Assembly: GCA_004431415.1 (NCBI GenBank) | Contig: QPMI01000613.1 | Location: 1 to 26,790 of the forward strand | Direction of reading: 5' to 3' | From: Cyanophora paradoxa CCMP329 | Taxonomy: Eukaryota; Plantae; Glaucophyta | DNA length: 26,790 nt | Shown here: one piece after another, positions 9,001 through 17,514 of the stretch | Layout of the letters: each line of letters begins with the position of its first letter | How positions within the stretch are numbered: position 1 is the first letter of the stretch | Notes under the pieces: model-generated | The model's input: only the letters and a program-made list of their open reading frames with translations | The model's database searches: none | What the model was told of the DNA's origin: nothing | Made by a program: the position numbers and the translations under genes

Positions 9001-11354
9001 CAGGCCCTCGTCGTAGTCCTCCTCCGCCCCCGCCTCCCGCCGCTGCCGCTGCCGCTCCTGCCGCTCGCGCTCCTTGCGCTGCTGGGCCCGGCGGGAGCGG
9101 GGCGCGGCGCGGGCGGCCGGAGGGGCCGGAGGGGCCGGAGGGGCCGGAGGGGGCGGAGGGGGCATGCGGGCCGGCGGCGGGACCTGCGAGAGGCGCACCG
9201 GGCTGAAGTCCCTGAAGGCCGAGGGGTTGCCGCTCGGGCGCCAGGAGACGTCGGAGGCGGCGGGGCTGGCGGGGGCACGGGGCGGGCGGGCGGCGGGGGA
9301 GACGAGGGGCGGCCTGGGGCCAGCGTCGCCGGGCTCGTCGTCCGAGAACTCCTCCACGGGCGGCGGCGGGGCGTACTCGAGGGAGGGGGAGGGCGGGAGG
9401 GGGTAGAACTCGTCGACGGGGGCTCGGGCTCGAAGGTGTCCCCCGCCGCCGCCGCCGCCAGCTCGGCGTCGGCCTCGCCCTCGCGCTCGCGCTCGCGCTC
9501 CAGCTCCATCGCGTACTCCTCCGCCACCTCCAGCTCGCGCGCCGCCTTCGCGTCCGCCGCCGCCGCCAGCGCGGCCTCCTCCTCCATCTCGCGCTCGGCC
9601 TCCAGCTCCTCCTCTGTGGGCAGGGTCATTCCTTTGCGGCGCCGGAACGCCCTAGGCTCAGAATTTTGGGGTGGGGAGGGCGCACCGGCCGGCTCGGGGC
9701 CGGCCGCCTTGGGGGCCGCCGCCTCCATCTGCTCGCCGAGATCGCGCCGCGCCGCCGGGGCGGGCACGTCCTCCTTCTCGAACTTGAGGTTGATGTAGGC
9801 GACCTTGCCCTTGCCCTTGCCCTTCGCCTGGGCCTGGGCCTGGGCCACGCGCATGGCGCGCGCGAGGCCCTCCGCCGTGATCTTGCTAACTCCGGCCCCG
9901 TCGCCGGAGGCGGAGGCCGTCGCCTCGCCGATCGCCGCCTTGAAGACGGCGGTCATCTCCCGGCCGGCGCGCGGCAGGCTCCGCGCCCGCTCGAGCTCCT
10001 CCTCCGTGAAGTCCAGCGCCCGGGCCGCGGCGGCGGCCTCGGCGTCGCGCTCCTCCTCGGAATCCGAGCCGGAATCCGAGGACTCCGTGGCCGCGAGCAT
10101 GGGGCGGGGGCGGGAGGCGGCGGCGGCGGCGGCGGCCGCCGCCTTGTCGAAGACGGGGACGAAGAAGGCGAGGGCGAGGGTGCGCCGCGGCACCACGTAC
10201 TTCACGGCGCCGTGGATCATGGGGCGCCCGTACGAGTCCGGCATCGAGCACCGCCGGATGACCTGCGAGGGGGTTTAAATGGCATCTAAATAGTCTAAAT
10301 AGCATCTAAATAGTCTAAATAGCATCTAAATAGCATCCAAATAGAAACGGCGCACCTGCACGCGGTCGCCGATGGTGACGCCGGGCACCTCGAACTCCGG
10401 AACCAGGTCGAAGGCGCAGATGCCCTGGCGCCCGTGGCGGTCCCGGCACGTCCGGCAGGCCGCCTCCAGCACGATGCGGATGGCGTAGGCGTCGGTGAGG
10501 ACGCCGGTGTCCGGCCGCTCGCCCCAGACCGCCGAGCTCTCGTGGCGCGTGATGAAGTCGCGGCTGTTCTGCTTGATGCAGCGCACCTCGATGCCCATGA
10601 TGCCCTTCGCCAGCATCTGCGGGCCGGCGGGGGTCGGCGGGGAGGGGCGGCCGCGGCTGCACGGGCGGCTGGGGCGCACCTCGGGCTTGTAGGCCGGGTC
10701 CGAGCTGAGCACCAGCAGCCAGAGCAGGTGCCCGGCCGCCTCCGCCATGCGGTTGAAGTAGAACTCCTCCGGGCCCGTCAGCAAGCCAATCGTGCGCCAC
10801 TCGCCCTTGGCGATGTGCCGGGGCACGGCGCCCATGAGCAGCCGCAGGCGCTGCGCCGCGAACAGCCGGCGGGCGTCGGTATCGCGCCCGGGCTTCGGCT
10901 TGCTCGGCGTGTCGAAGTTCTCCTCCGTCATGTTCAGCGCCGCGTGCATCGCCCGCACGTCCGCGTCCTGCGATGCGCCGCGGCGCCTCAGCCGCTGCGA
11001 GCGCAGAGAGAAAGAGGCAGCGAGCACCTCCGCGAGCCGCAGCCGCGACAGGACGGAGTCGATGGAGAACTGCACCGACGGGCCGGGGGCGCCCTCGAGG
11101 TTCAAGGTCCGCGCCGCGGCCAGCTTGCGCTTGCGCTCGGCCAGCTCGGTCTTGCGCAGCACATCCTTGCTGTTCGGGCTGAACTGCATGCCGTCCTCCA
11201 GCGCCCGGGCCTGCGCCTCCTTTGCCTGGTCGCTGATGCCGGCCTCGAAGACCGTCCAATCGATGCCGAAGCTGTCGCCGATGCAGAGAACGTCGTACAG
11301 CGTGTTCCTCGCCAGCTTAGCCGGGATCTCCGGAGGGAGCGCGAGCCGAGACAT
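6019..11354 (-). CDS. Large multi-exon protein with a C-terminal superfamily-3 (D5-like) helicase, a CxxC-x3-H putative Zn site and long low-complexity linkers
   Basis: After splicing: Walker A GVIKGQSGT/GKSTV, Walker B-like CMIMAE, 'ELKMRSGDAYARNFKF', motif C LVIVCN, Arg-finger region FFSRIVLIPL. GT-AG introns at 10968-11027, 10617-10679, 10263-10355, 9632-9685, 8771-8805(?), 8659-8717, 8291-8345, 7821-7882, 7482-7539 and 6639-6707, plus a few -1 frameshifts. The helicase part is more certain than the fusion of all exons into one gene. Confidence 0.7.
10282..10344 (+). repeat. AT-rich (GCA)TCTAAATAG tandem repeats inside an intron
   Basis: About six TCTAAATAG-type units within intron 10263-10355. 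Confidence 0.85.
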
Positions 11355-11682
11355 GCTGCCGCCGCTGCTGCTGCCGCCGCTGCTGCGAGTGCTGCGCGCG
11401 GGCTGCGAAGGCTTTGGCGCCAAGTTTCCAGCTGGTTTGAACGAGCGGCTTGCATTGCATCGCCAGAGAGAAAAAGCGAGAAACCGACGGGGGGTTGCAG
11501 CCTGGGGGGGTACGCGATTTTGAGGGGGGGAGAAGCGCGCTTCAAGTCTGAGTCTTTGCGAGTTAGGGGGGGAAGAAGTCAACGGGGGAATAAACCGTGA
11601 ACGGAATCCGTTGAGACGTTGTTGTGAACCCCGCGGGCACTAACAGCTGCGCACGTAGTTCGTTGAACCCGTCTGCCGCACC

Positions 11683-14587
11683 ATGCAGGCGGCGACCTTC
11701 CGCTCCTGCGCGAAGCAGCAGCAGCCCGGCGAGCAGGACAGCATAGCCCGCGATCTCGGCAGCCTATCGGCGGAGGAGGCGCTCAACGCGATGACCTACG
11801 ATAGCGTGTTCAACTCGGCCGGCGTGCCGCGCTTCGAGCCGTTCGGCGGGCTGAAGAAGATCCAGAACACGGACGGCCACCCGAAGCGCTTGAAGACCAA
11901 GGGCCAGTTCACGCCGGTTAATAAGTTCAACGAGGTTCGCGGTTTCGCCCGCACCGCTTCGGCCCCGGCTCACATGCCCCGGCTCGCGTGCCCCGCGCGC
12001 AGATCGTGCCTTACAGCATTCACGAGCTGCCGGAGTATGTGAAGGCGAAGTACGGCTTCACGCACGGCGATGTGGCGCTGTTGCTGATGTCCGACAATGC
12101 GGCGGTGGCTGCTTCAACAGCATCGCGCTCCATCGCGATTTCCATCCGCGCGCGATCTTCTCCGGCACTCCGGAGCAGAAGGAGTTCCTCGCGGACCTCA
12201 AATCCGGCAGCGGCGGCGCCCACGGGGTGAGGGCCCTTCCCTGCGCTCGCGTGCCCGCGCTTGCTCACGCGCGGGCCGCCGCAGCTCTTGATCGCGCGGG
12301 ATCAGTGCCTGGCGTCGGTGACGGAGAAGGAGAAGGCCAGCCCGTCCGGCCTCGGCGTTCGGTGCGATTACGTCATCGTCACCAAGCGCATCAACCCGAC
12401 GTACGCCAAGAAGTACGACCTCAACTTCGTCTACGTGAAGGAGGGGCCGCCGGCCTCGCAGTACACCGTCACCGTCCAGGCCGGCATCTGCGCCGGCGAG
12501 ACCACCAACGGCGCGTACCACGGCGTCGGCACGCTCCCGTCCGGCGGCTTCTTCGACGTCGTTGATCACATGTTCCTCTCCTGCGCCGATGACATTTACG
12601 TGCGCGAGAGCCCGCCCTTTCCCCTTTCCCCTGCCCCTGCGCGCGCTAAGGTCGCGTCCGCAGGTCGGAGAGAACCCGAGCGCGGAGAGCCCGCTGGGCT
12701 ACGCGTACTGGCTGGTCAGCGTGCAGAAGGTGCTCTCCTGCGCGGCCCTTCGGAAGTACGCCAGCGTCTGCGACTCCGGCATGCGGCCCCAGCTCCAGCT
12801 TCTCGTGGATCAGGGCCGGAGCGACGAGGCCCGCCAGCGCCACCGCGATCTCGCGCGGGCGGCCGTGCTGAAGCTGGAGGAGGTTCTGCGCGAGGGCCAC
12901 CCAAACGGGCCGGCCCGCGCCCGTGAGATCCTCTCGGCGGCCATCTCCGTGATCGTCGGCGAGCTCTCGCACACGGTCCGCCGCCGCCCCGCTTAGCCCG
13001 CCTCTCCTCCCTGACCCGGGCCCTCGGAGCGCAGGAGGAGTCGGACGTTCTCACGGCGCGGGCGGACGAGTTCCAGCGCCAGGCGGAGAAGATCAAGTGC
13101 TGGTACGAGAAGGTGAAGAAGGCGGAGGAGACGGACCTGCGCGACTGGGGCAGCAAGAGCGGCGACGCCGAATTCGACCGCGACAAGCTCAAGCGCGTCT
13201 TCTTCTGGATGCGCATCTGCGCCAAGCTGGAGGCGGAGATGGACGAGTGGCACATCGAGGGCGTCCGTCTGGCGAAGGTGATGATCGCCATGGAGTGGGG
13301 CCACGGCCACCCGGCGCGCAAGGAGTGCAGCATGCTGGCCAAGGAGATCGGCCGCCGGGGCCGCTACATCAAGGAGGTGGCCTACGGCATCGAATGTGCG
13401 TCCGCCCCGCCCTTGGCCTGCGCCCCCGCCCTTGGCCTGCGCCCCGCGCTCTCCCCGCTCACCCCCTCTCCCGCAGTTACCATCCCGCTCGTCCAATTCT
13501 TCCAGCGCGAGTTTGTGCTGATCCAGGCCTCCATCATCAAGATCGGGTCGCTCTCCGCCAAGGAGGTGGACGAGGCAAGGGACGAGGGCCAGGCGGAGGC
13601 GGAGGCGCGCTGGGACGATGCGGCGTTCAGCGCCGTCTGGGGCGTCGGGGACAACGCGCTCTCGCCCCCCGCCCCGTTCGGCTTCAGCGGGCGGCCCGCG
13701 CTGGCGTTCGACGAGCACGGCCTCCCCGAGCTGGCGGACTGGGACGTCCCGGCGCCGGTGCCCGCGCCCTTCCCCCTTCCTCTCCTCCTCGGCCCCTCTC
13801 ACGCCTCCTCCAGCCCCCGGCGTCCTCGGCTCCGGCGTCCTCGGCTCCGGCGTCCTCGGCTCCGGCGTCCTTGGCTCCGGCGCCCTCGGCCCCGGCCCTC
13901 TGCCCCACCTACGGAGAGAGGTGTGCCCACCGCGCCGATTGCGCCCTCAACGGCTCCCACCTCCTGCCCGCCAAGAAGGCCCGCCTCGGCCTCTTCTCAC
14001 CCCACCCTCTCAGCCCGGTGAGTGACTCTGAATCGGAGGGCTCGGAGGCCTATAGCACGCCCCGCGACCCCGACGCCCCGCCCCACAAGGCCGGCGCCTT
14101 CGGCTTCTGTAAGTGACGCCCCCACGCAGGCCCTGCCGACGCCGCCCGTCGCCAACCGCGAGCCCCTCGTCCAGGTGAGTGCCCGGGCTGCCGCGAGTGG
14201 CGGCTCGAGAACTTCTCGGCTCAGGTCCCCGCCACGCAGCAGGCCCGCGCGATCCCGGCCTCGCCGCCCGTCGTCCCCGTCGCCGTCGCCGTGGAGGGCG
14301 GCGTCTTCGACATGGAGCTGGAGCCGGCGCCCTCGCAGGCCTCGCTCGCCTCGGCGCGCTCGGCGGCCCTCGCCACGCAGGGCTCGGCCGCCCCGGGCTC
14401 GCCGCCGCCGTCGCAGGCCTCGGCCGTCGCCAACTCGCCGTACGATGACATGCCGCCGGTGCTCAGCCCGAGGACGACTTCCCGGCCACTGAACGACACT
14501 GAGACGGTGAGCGCAGGCCCGCCCCGCCCTCCGGCCCCTCTCCGAGCAAATGGTCCACAACGCCATAGTGGACGCCATGTGGGATAA
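11683..14587 (+). CDS. Large multi-exon protein of unknown function, divergent from the helicase gene (3' end uncertain, 14.1-14.9 kb)
   Basis: ATG 11683. Frame-consistent GT-AG introns at 11935-12002, 12227-12284, 12600-12663, 12976-13034, 13396-13476 and 13758-13813; probable ones at 14018-14129 and 14175-14239. One frameshift at ~12097. Globular N-terminal region, then PASSA repeats, CPTYGERCAHRADCALNGSH and an NLS-like PAKKAR. Confidence 0.65.
13817..13895 (+). repeat. 15-bp coding tandem repeat CCGGCGTCCTCGGCT (PASSA) x~5
   Basis: Read directly. Confidence 0.85.
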
Positions 14588-14815
14588 CAGGGGCCGCCTC
14601 CCCCACCCATTCCGCTACGTCTCTATGGCCCTCCGCGGCCTCGCCTTCCCGCCCCCCTGCACCGAGCAGCTCAACCAAATCCTGCGCGGTCTGATTCATT
14701 ACAGACTCGCCTACCCGGCCTGGGCCTGAGCTACACCAAGCTACGGTGAGTCCGACCAAGAGACGTGTCTGGACCCTCCCTACTTTCTTTATAGATTATT
14801 GGAAAGGTCCGGACA

Positions 14816-15472
14816 CTAGAGGAGGGCGTACAACTTAAACTCGCGCAGCGCCGCCTGCTCCTCGCTGAGGTTCTCTGACTTCATTCGATCGCTGTAGGGC
14901 TCGGGCGGAGTTCCAGCCTTGACGTGCATCCAAAATAGATGTAAGCACTTCCTCATGAGCTCGATGTACCTCTCGTCCCGTCTGACGTACCACGTTTGCA
15001 CGCACAGAGGAGTGAAGCAAAAAAGTTCGGCCCACTCGCGGCCCGTGATGTCCAGAAGTCCTTGCAGTTGAGGCATATAATAGGTAGGAACTCTATCATA
15101 AAGTTCGCCCTTGTACGGGCATTTCACCTCTAAAATTCTATCATTTCCTATAAGTCCGTCGGGACTACCGGCGAGGAACGGCATTTCTTTATGTTCGTGC
15201 AGTCCAGTATGTTTAATGTCAACGTTATCGTTCAGTGCCTTGTAGATAGAGACCGCGAGGGGCTCATAGTCATGCCCATAGGTTAGGGCAGGGTTGTCAA
15301 AGTTGTTTTCCTCCGCTATCCCGCTTAGCTCCGCCCACAGGCGGGCCCTGGATTTCCAGGGGTTTATGCCGCACGCAGCCGCAAAATTAGATGCAGTTAG
15401 TTTTTCACGGCGCGCCGCGTGCCACGCTGCGCTCCCCTGTTGCAAAGTCTCGCAATTTGTATCGGTATGCAT
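14816..15472 (-). CDS. YqaJ-like viral recombinase / lambda-type alkaline exonuclease (PD-(D/E)XK)
   Basis: QGSAAWHAARREKLTASNF, YGHDYEP, FLAGSPDGL, ILEVKCP and YYMPQLQGLL are the canonical YqaJ motifs; intact and intronless. Confidence 0.93.
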   Translation of the reverse strand: MHTDTNCETLQQGSAAWHAARREKLTASNFAAACGINPWKSRARLWAELSGIAEENNFDNPALTYGHDYEPLAVSIYKALNDNVDIKHTGLHEHKEMPFLAGSPDGLIGNDRILEVKCPYKGELYDRVPTYYMPQLQGLLDITGREWAELFCFTPLCVQTWYVRRDERYIELMRKCLHLFWMHVKAGTPPEPYSDRMKSENLSEEQAALREFKLYALL

Positions 15473-15494
15473 AGCGTAGCCTCGCAGTAGCGTT

Positions 15495-15505
15495 TAGAAT
15501 TTCTT
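15495..15505. promoter_or_regulatory. Overlapping bidirectional copy of the WWTTTCT(A) upstream motif serving YqaJ (-) and paralogue 1 (+)
   Basis: TAGAATTTCTT reads AAATTCTA on - and AATTTCTT on +, each ~18-23 nt before an ATG. Confidence 0.5.
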
Positions 15506-15522
15506 GATGTGTGCAATTGCAA

Positions 15523-16221
15523 ATGTCGGATGCAGAGGAAGCGCCCAGGGACGTGATCGCACAGTTCATAGATCAGGTCAAGGACCTTAGACGCTGGGTG
15601 GTAGAGCAGGCCTCGCGACCGAATCGACAGCGCCAACCCTGGCCGGTGCTAGAGCTGGCCCGGGCAGGGTGGCTAGACACGCATTACAACTCTGGCGGGG
15701 CCCTTTACGTTCGGAGCCACGACGAGGGCAGGATTATCGACGAGTTCAAGCGCATCTGGTTCGCCCTGGGCTCCAAGCTCAGCATACTCTCGACCCTCCC
15801 GGACCACATTCGCATGCAAATCCTCGAGTGGTACGCGAAGGCAAGGGACTCGCAATGGGACGACGTAAATTTGCGCGACCTCTCGCGCTTGCGCTCGGCT
15901 GTGACGGCGTATGTCACAAACTATGATTATCACGTCAAAAAGCCCCAATTCGAAGTTGAGCCAATTCCGATGAATCTGGTACCCCTGGGATGGGAAGAGT
16001 ACCCCGAGTACTCGTGGAACAGGGGCCTCAACCCCCCGCGCCAGGCCCTGCCAGCCCCGCCCGCCCCACCGATAAACGCCCCCGCCCCGCGTGACGTCAG
16101 ACGGGACATACGCGAATGGGAGGAGTGGAGCAACGACCCGAAGAACTGGCTACCCGGGGAGGCGGAGATGCGGAAGCGCGCGAGGCTGATGCCCGGCGAC
16201 AGGTACCCCGACCGCGAGTAG
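15523..16221 (+). CDS. Hypothetical protein, paralogue 1
   Basis: Intact ORF (ATG 15523); aligns by eye with the next gene. Confidence 0.75.
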   Translation: MSDAEEAPRDVIAQFIDQVKDLRRWVVEQASRPNRQRQPWPVLELARAGWLDTHYNSGGALYVRSHDEGRIIDEFKRIWFALGSKLSILSTLPDHIRMQILEWYAKARDSQWDDVNLRDLSRLRSAVTAYVTNYDYHVKKPQFEVEPIPMNLVPLGWEEYPEYSWNRGLNPPRQALPAPPAPPINAPAPRDVRRDIREWEEWSNDPKNWLPGEAEMRKRARLMPGDRYPDRE

Positions 16222-16255
16222 GGGTACAGGTATAAATTCTCACCGAGCCGCGAGC

Positions 16256-16994
16256 ATGGCGCGAACACGCGAGTCCGACGTGCTGTACAACAACGGCGAC
16301 CTGGACGGGGAGATTCGACAGCGGAACGTGGACTTGGAGGATGCGAACGCAGTGCTGGAGGGGAGGCGCACGTCCTCAGGGGGCGGCTCGCCGGCGGAGA
16401 ACTTCATGGAGCGCGTGCTCTACCTTGTGCGCTGGATTAGAGACGAATTCCACGACGAGCGAGAGCTCCCGGACAGGGAGATGATCAGGGCCGCGGGCTT
16501 GATGGGTATGACAGAGAACCCGAGATCGTACCTGAGGCGCGAACGCAGGGATCTGAACGGCGATTGGGCCGACCTGCAAGCGCTGTGGACGGCCTTTGCG
16601 AACCGCAAGAGCCAGATCCTTGCCCTGCCCGCGCAGGTACAGCAGCGTATCATTGATTTCGTAGCCCCCTGGCGCGACGAGTCCCTCCAGCAGCCATTCA
16701 TGCAACCACGCTTCCTCTCCGGGCTCAGGAGCGCGTTCTTCCACTTGGCCGTGAGCAGCGACCGGTATTTCACACCGCAGAGGATCGTTCACGGCGAATT
16801 CGGCATACCCCCGAGTGGCTGAATTTTGCCACCGTACCCCCTTCCCCACCCCGCCTCGAAGGCCCCCCTCCCCTACCCCCGAGCAGCGTGAGTCACTCAA
16901 GCGTCAGAGGGAGGTACGCGAATGGATGGACGACACCAGCCACTGGGTACAGGGCGAGGCCGAATTACGCAAGTTCGGAAGGTTCGGGCAGTAA
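16256..16994 (+). CDS. Hypothetical protein, paralogue 2 (two -1 frameshifts in C-runs at ~16810 and ~16870)
   Basis: The ORF to 16822 continues after frameshifts as ...ESLKRQREVREWMDDTSHWVQGEAELRKFGRFGQ* (TAA 16992-16994), matching the C-terminus of paralogue 1. Confidence 0.7.
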
Positions 16995-17514
16995 CAGCGG
17001 GGGGTACAGCATTCAGTTAGAGCCTGAGCATCGTTAGAGGCCGGGAGGCCCCCCGAGGGGTACACCGGCTGTTACTCCCCGCGTCGGTTAGTGCTAGCCC
17101 CCCTGTTAGTGCAGCGTGTACCTGATCGCAATATAACACCCAAACCTCCGCGACGCGTGACTCATGCAACCTCCGAGGGTTAACAATGCATTGACAGCGA
17201 AGGGGCAAGCTCGAGAGCTCAACGCTTCACAAAGGCCCACCTATATATATCCAGGTTCTCAAAGTCCCTACGCCCTGACCTAGCATGTGGGGCCTTCGAC
17301 ACAGATTTTCCCGAGGCGTAGGGGGTGGGGCTCGTGAGGGGTGGGTGTGGACCCGGGGGGATGTGGCATCAGGAACAAGTTGATGGAAAAAAAAGCATGA
17401 GTATCATTTCGAATCGATGAGCAAGAAATTACGAAGGGGAAGAAATCCAACTTCACGCTGTCAATGGGAATGGGATCAGATCCTGCACTAAGTCCCTGAG
17501 TCCTGGAGAGCACA

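Larger units (their letters stand above)
1..17100. mobile_element. Endogenous small dsDNA virus segment (NCLDV-related / Polinton-like or mriyavirus-like); left end outside window, right boundary approximate
   Basis: Dense, mostly intronless ORFs with viral-type products (YqaJ exonuclease, gp2.5-like SSB, SF3/D5-like helicase, DUF5767-like protein, small TM proteins), a shared upstream motif and nested inverted repeats. Adjacent to intron-containing host genes (RBM8A). No MCP, packaging ATPase or integrase seen in the window. Confidence 0.75.

Noticed and set aside
13290-13330. HUH endonuclease motif in 'MEWGHGHP' of the + strand spliced gene
   Set aside because: The middle residue is Gly, not bulky hydrophobic, and I could not place the other Rep motifs. 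Unsupported without a structure search.
14700-14879. Final exons of the + strand gene overlapping the YqaJ 3' end in antisense (…ELHQAT|IIGKVRTLEEGVQLKLAQRRLLLAEVL*)
   Set aside because: Splice sites are plausible but cannot be linked confidently to upstream exons without transcript data
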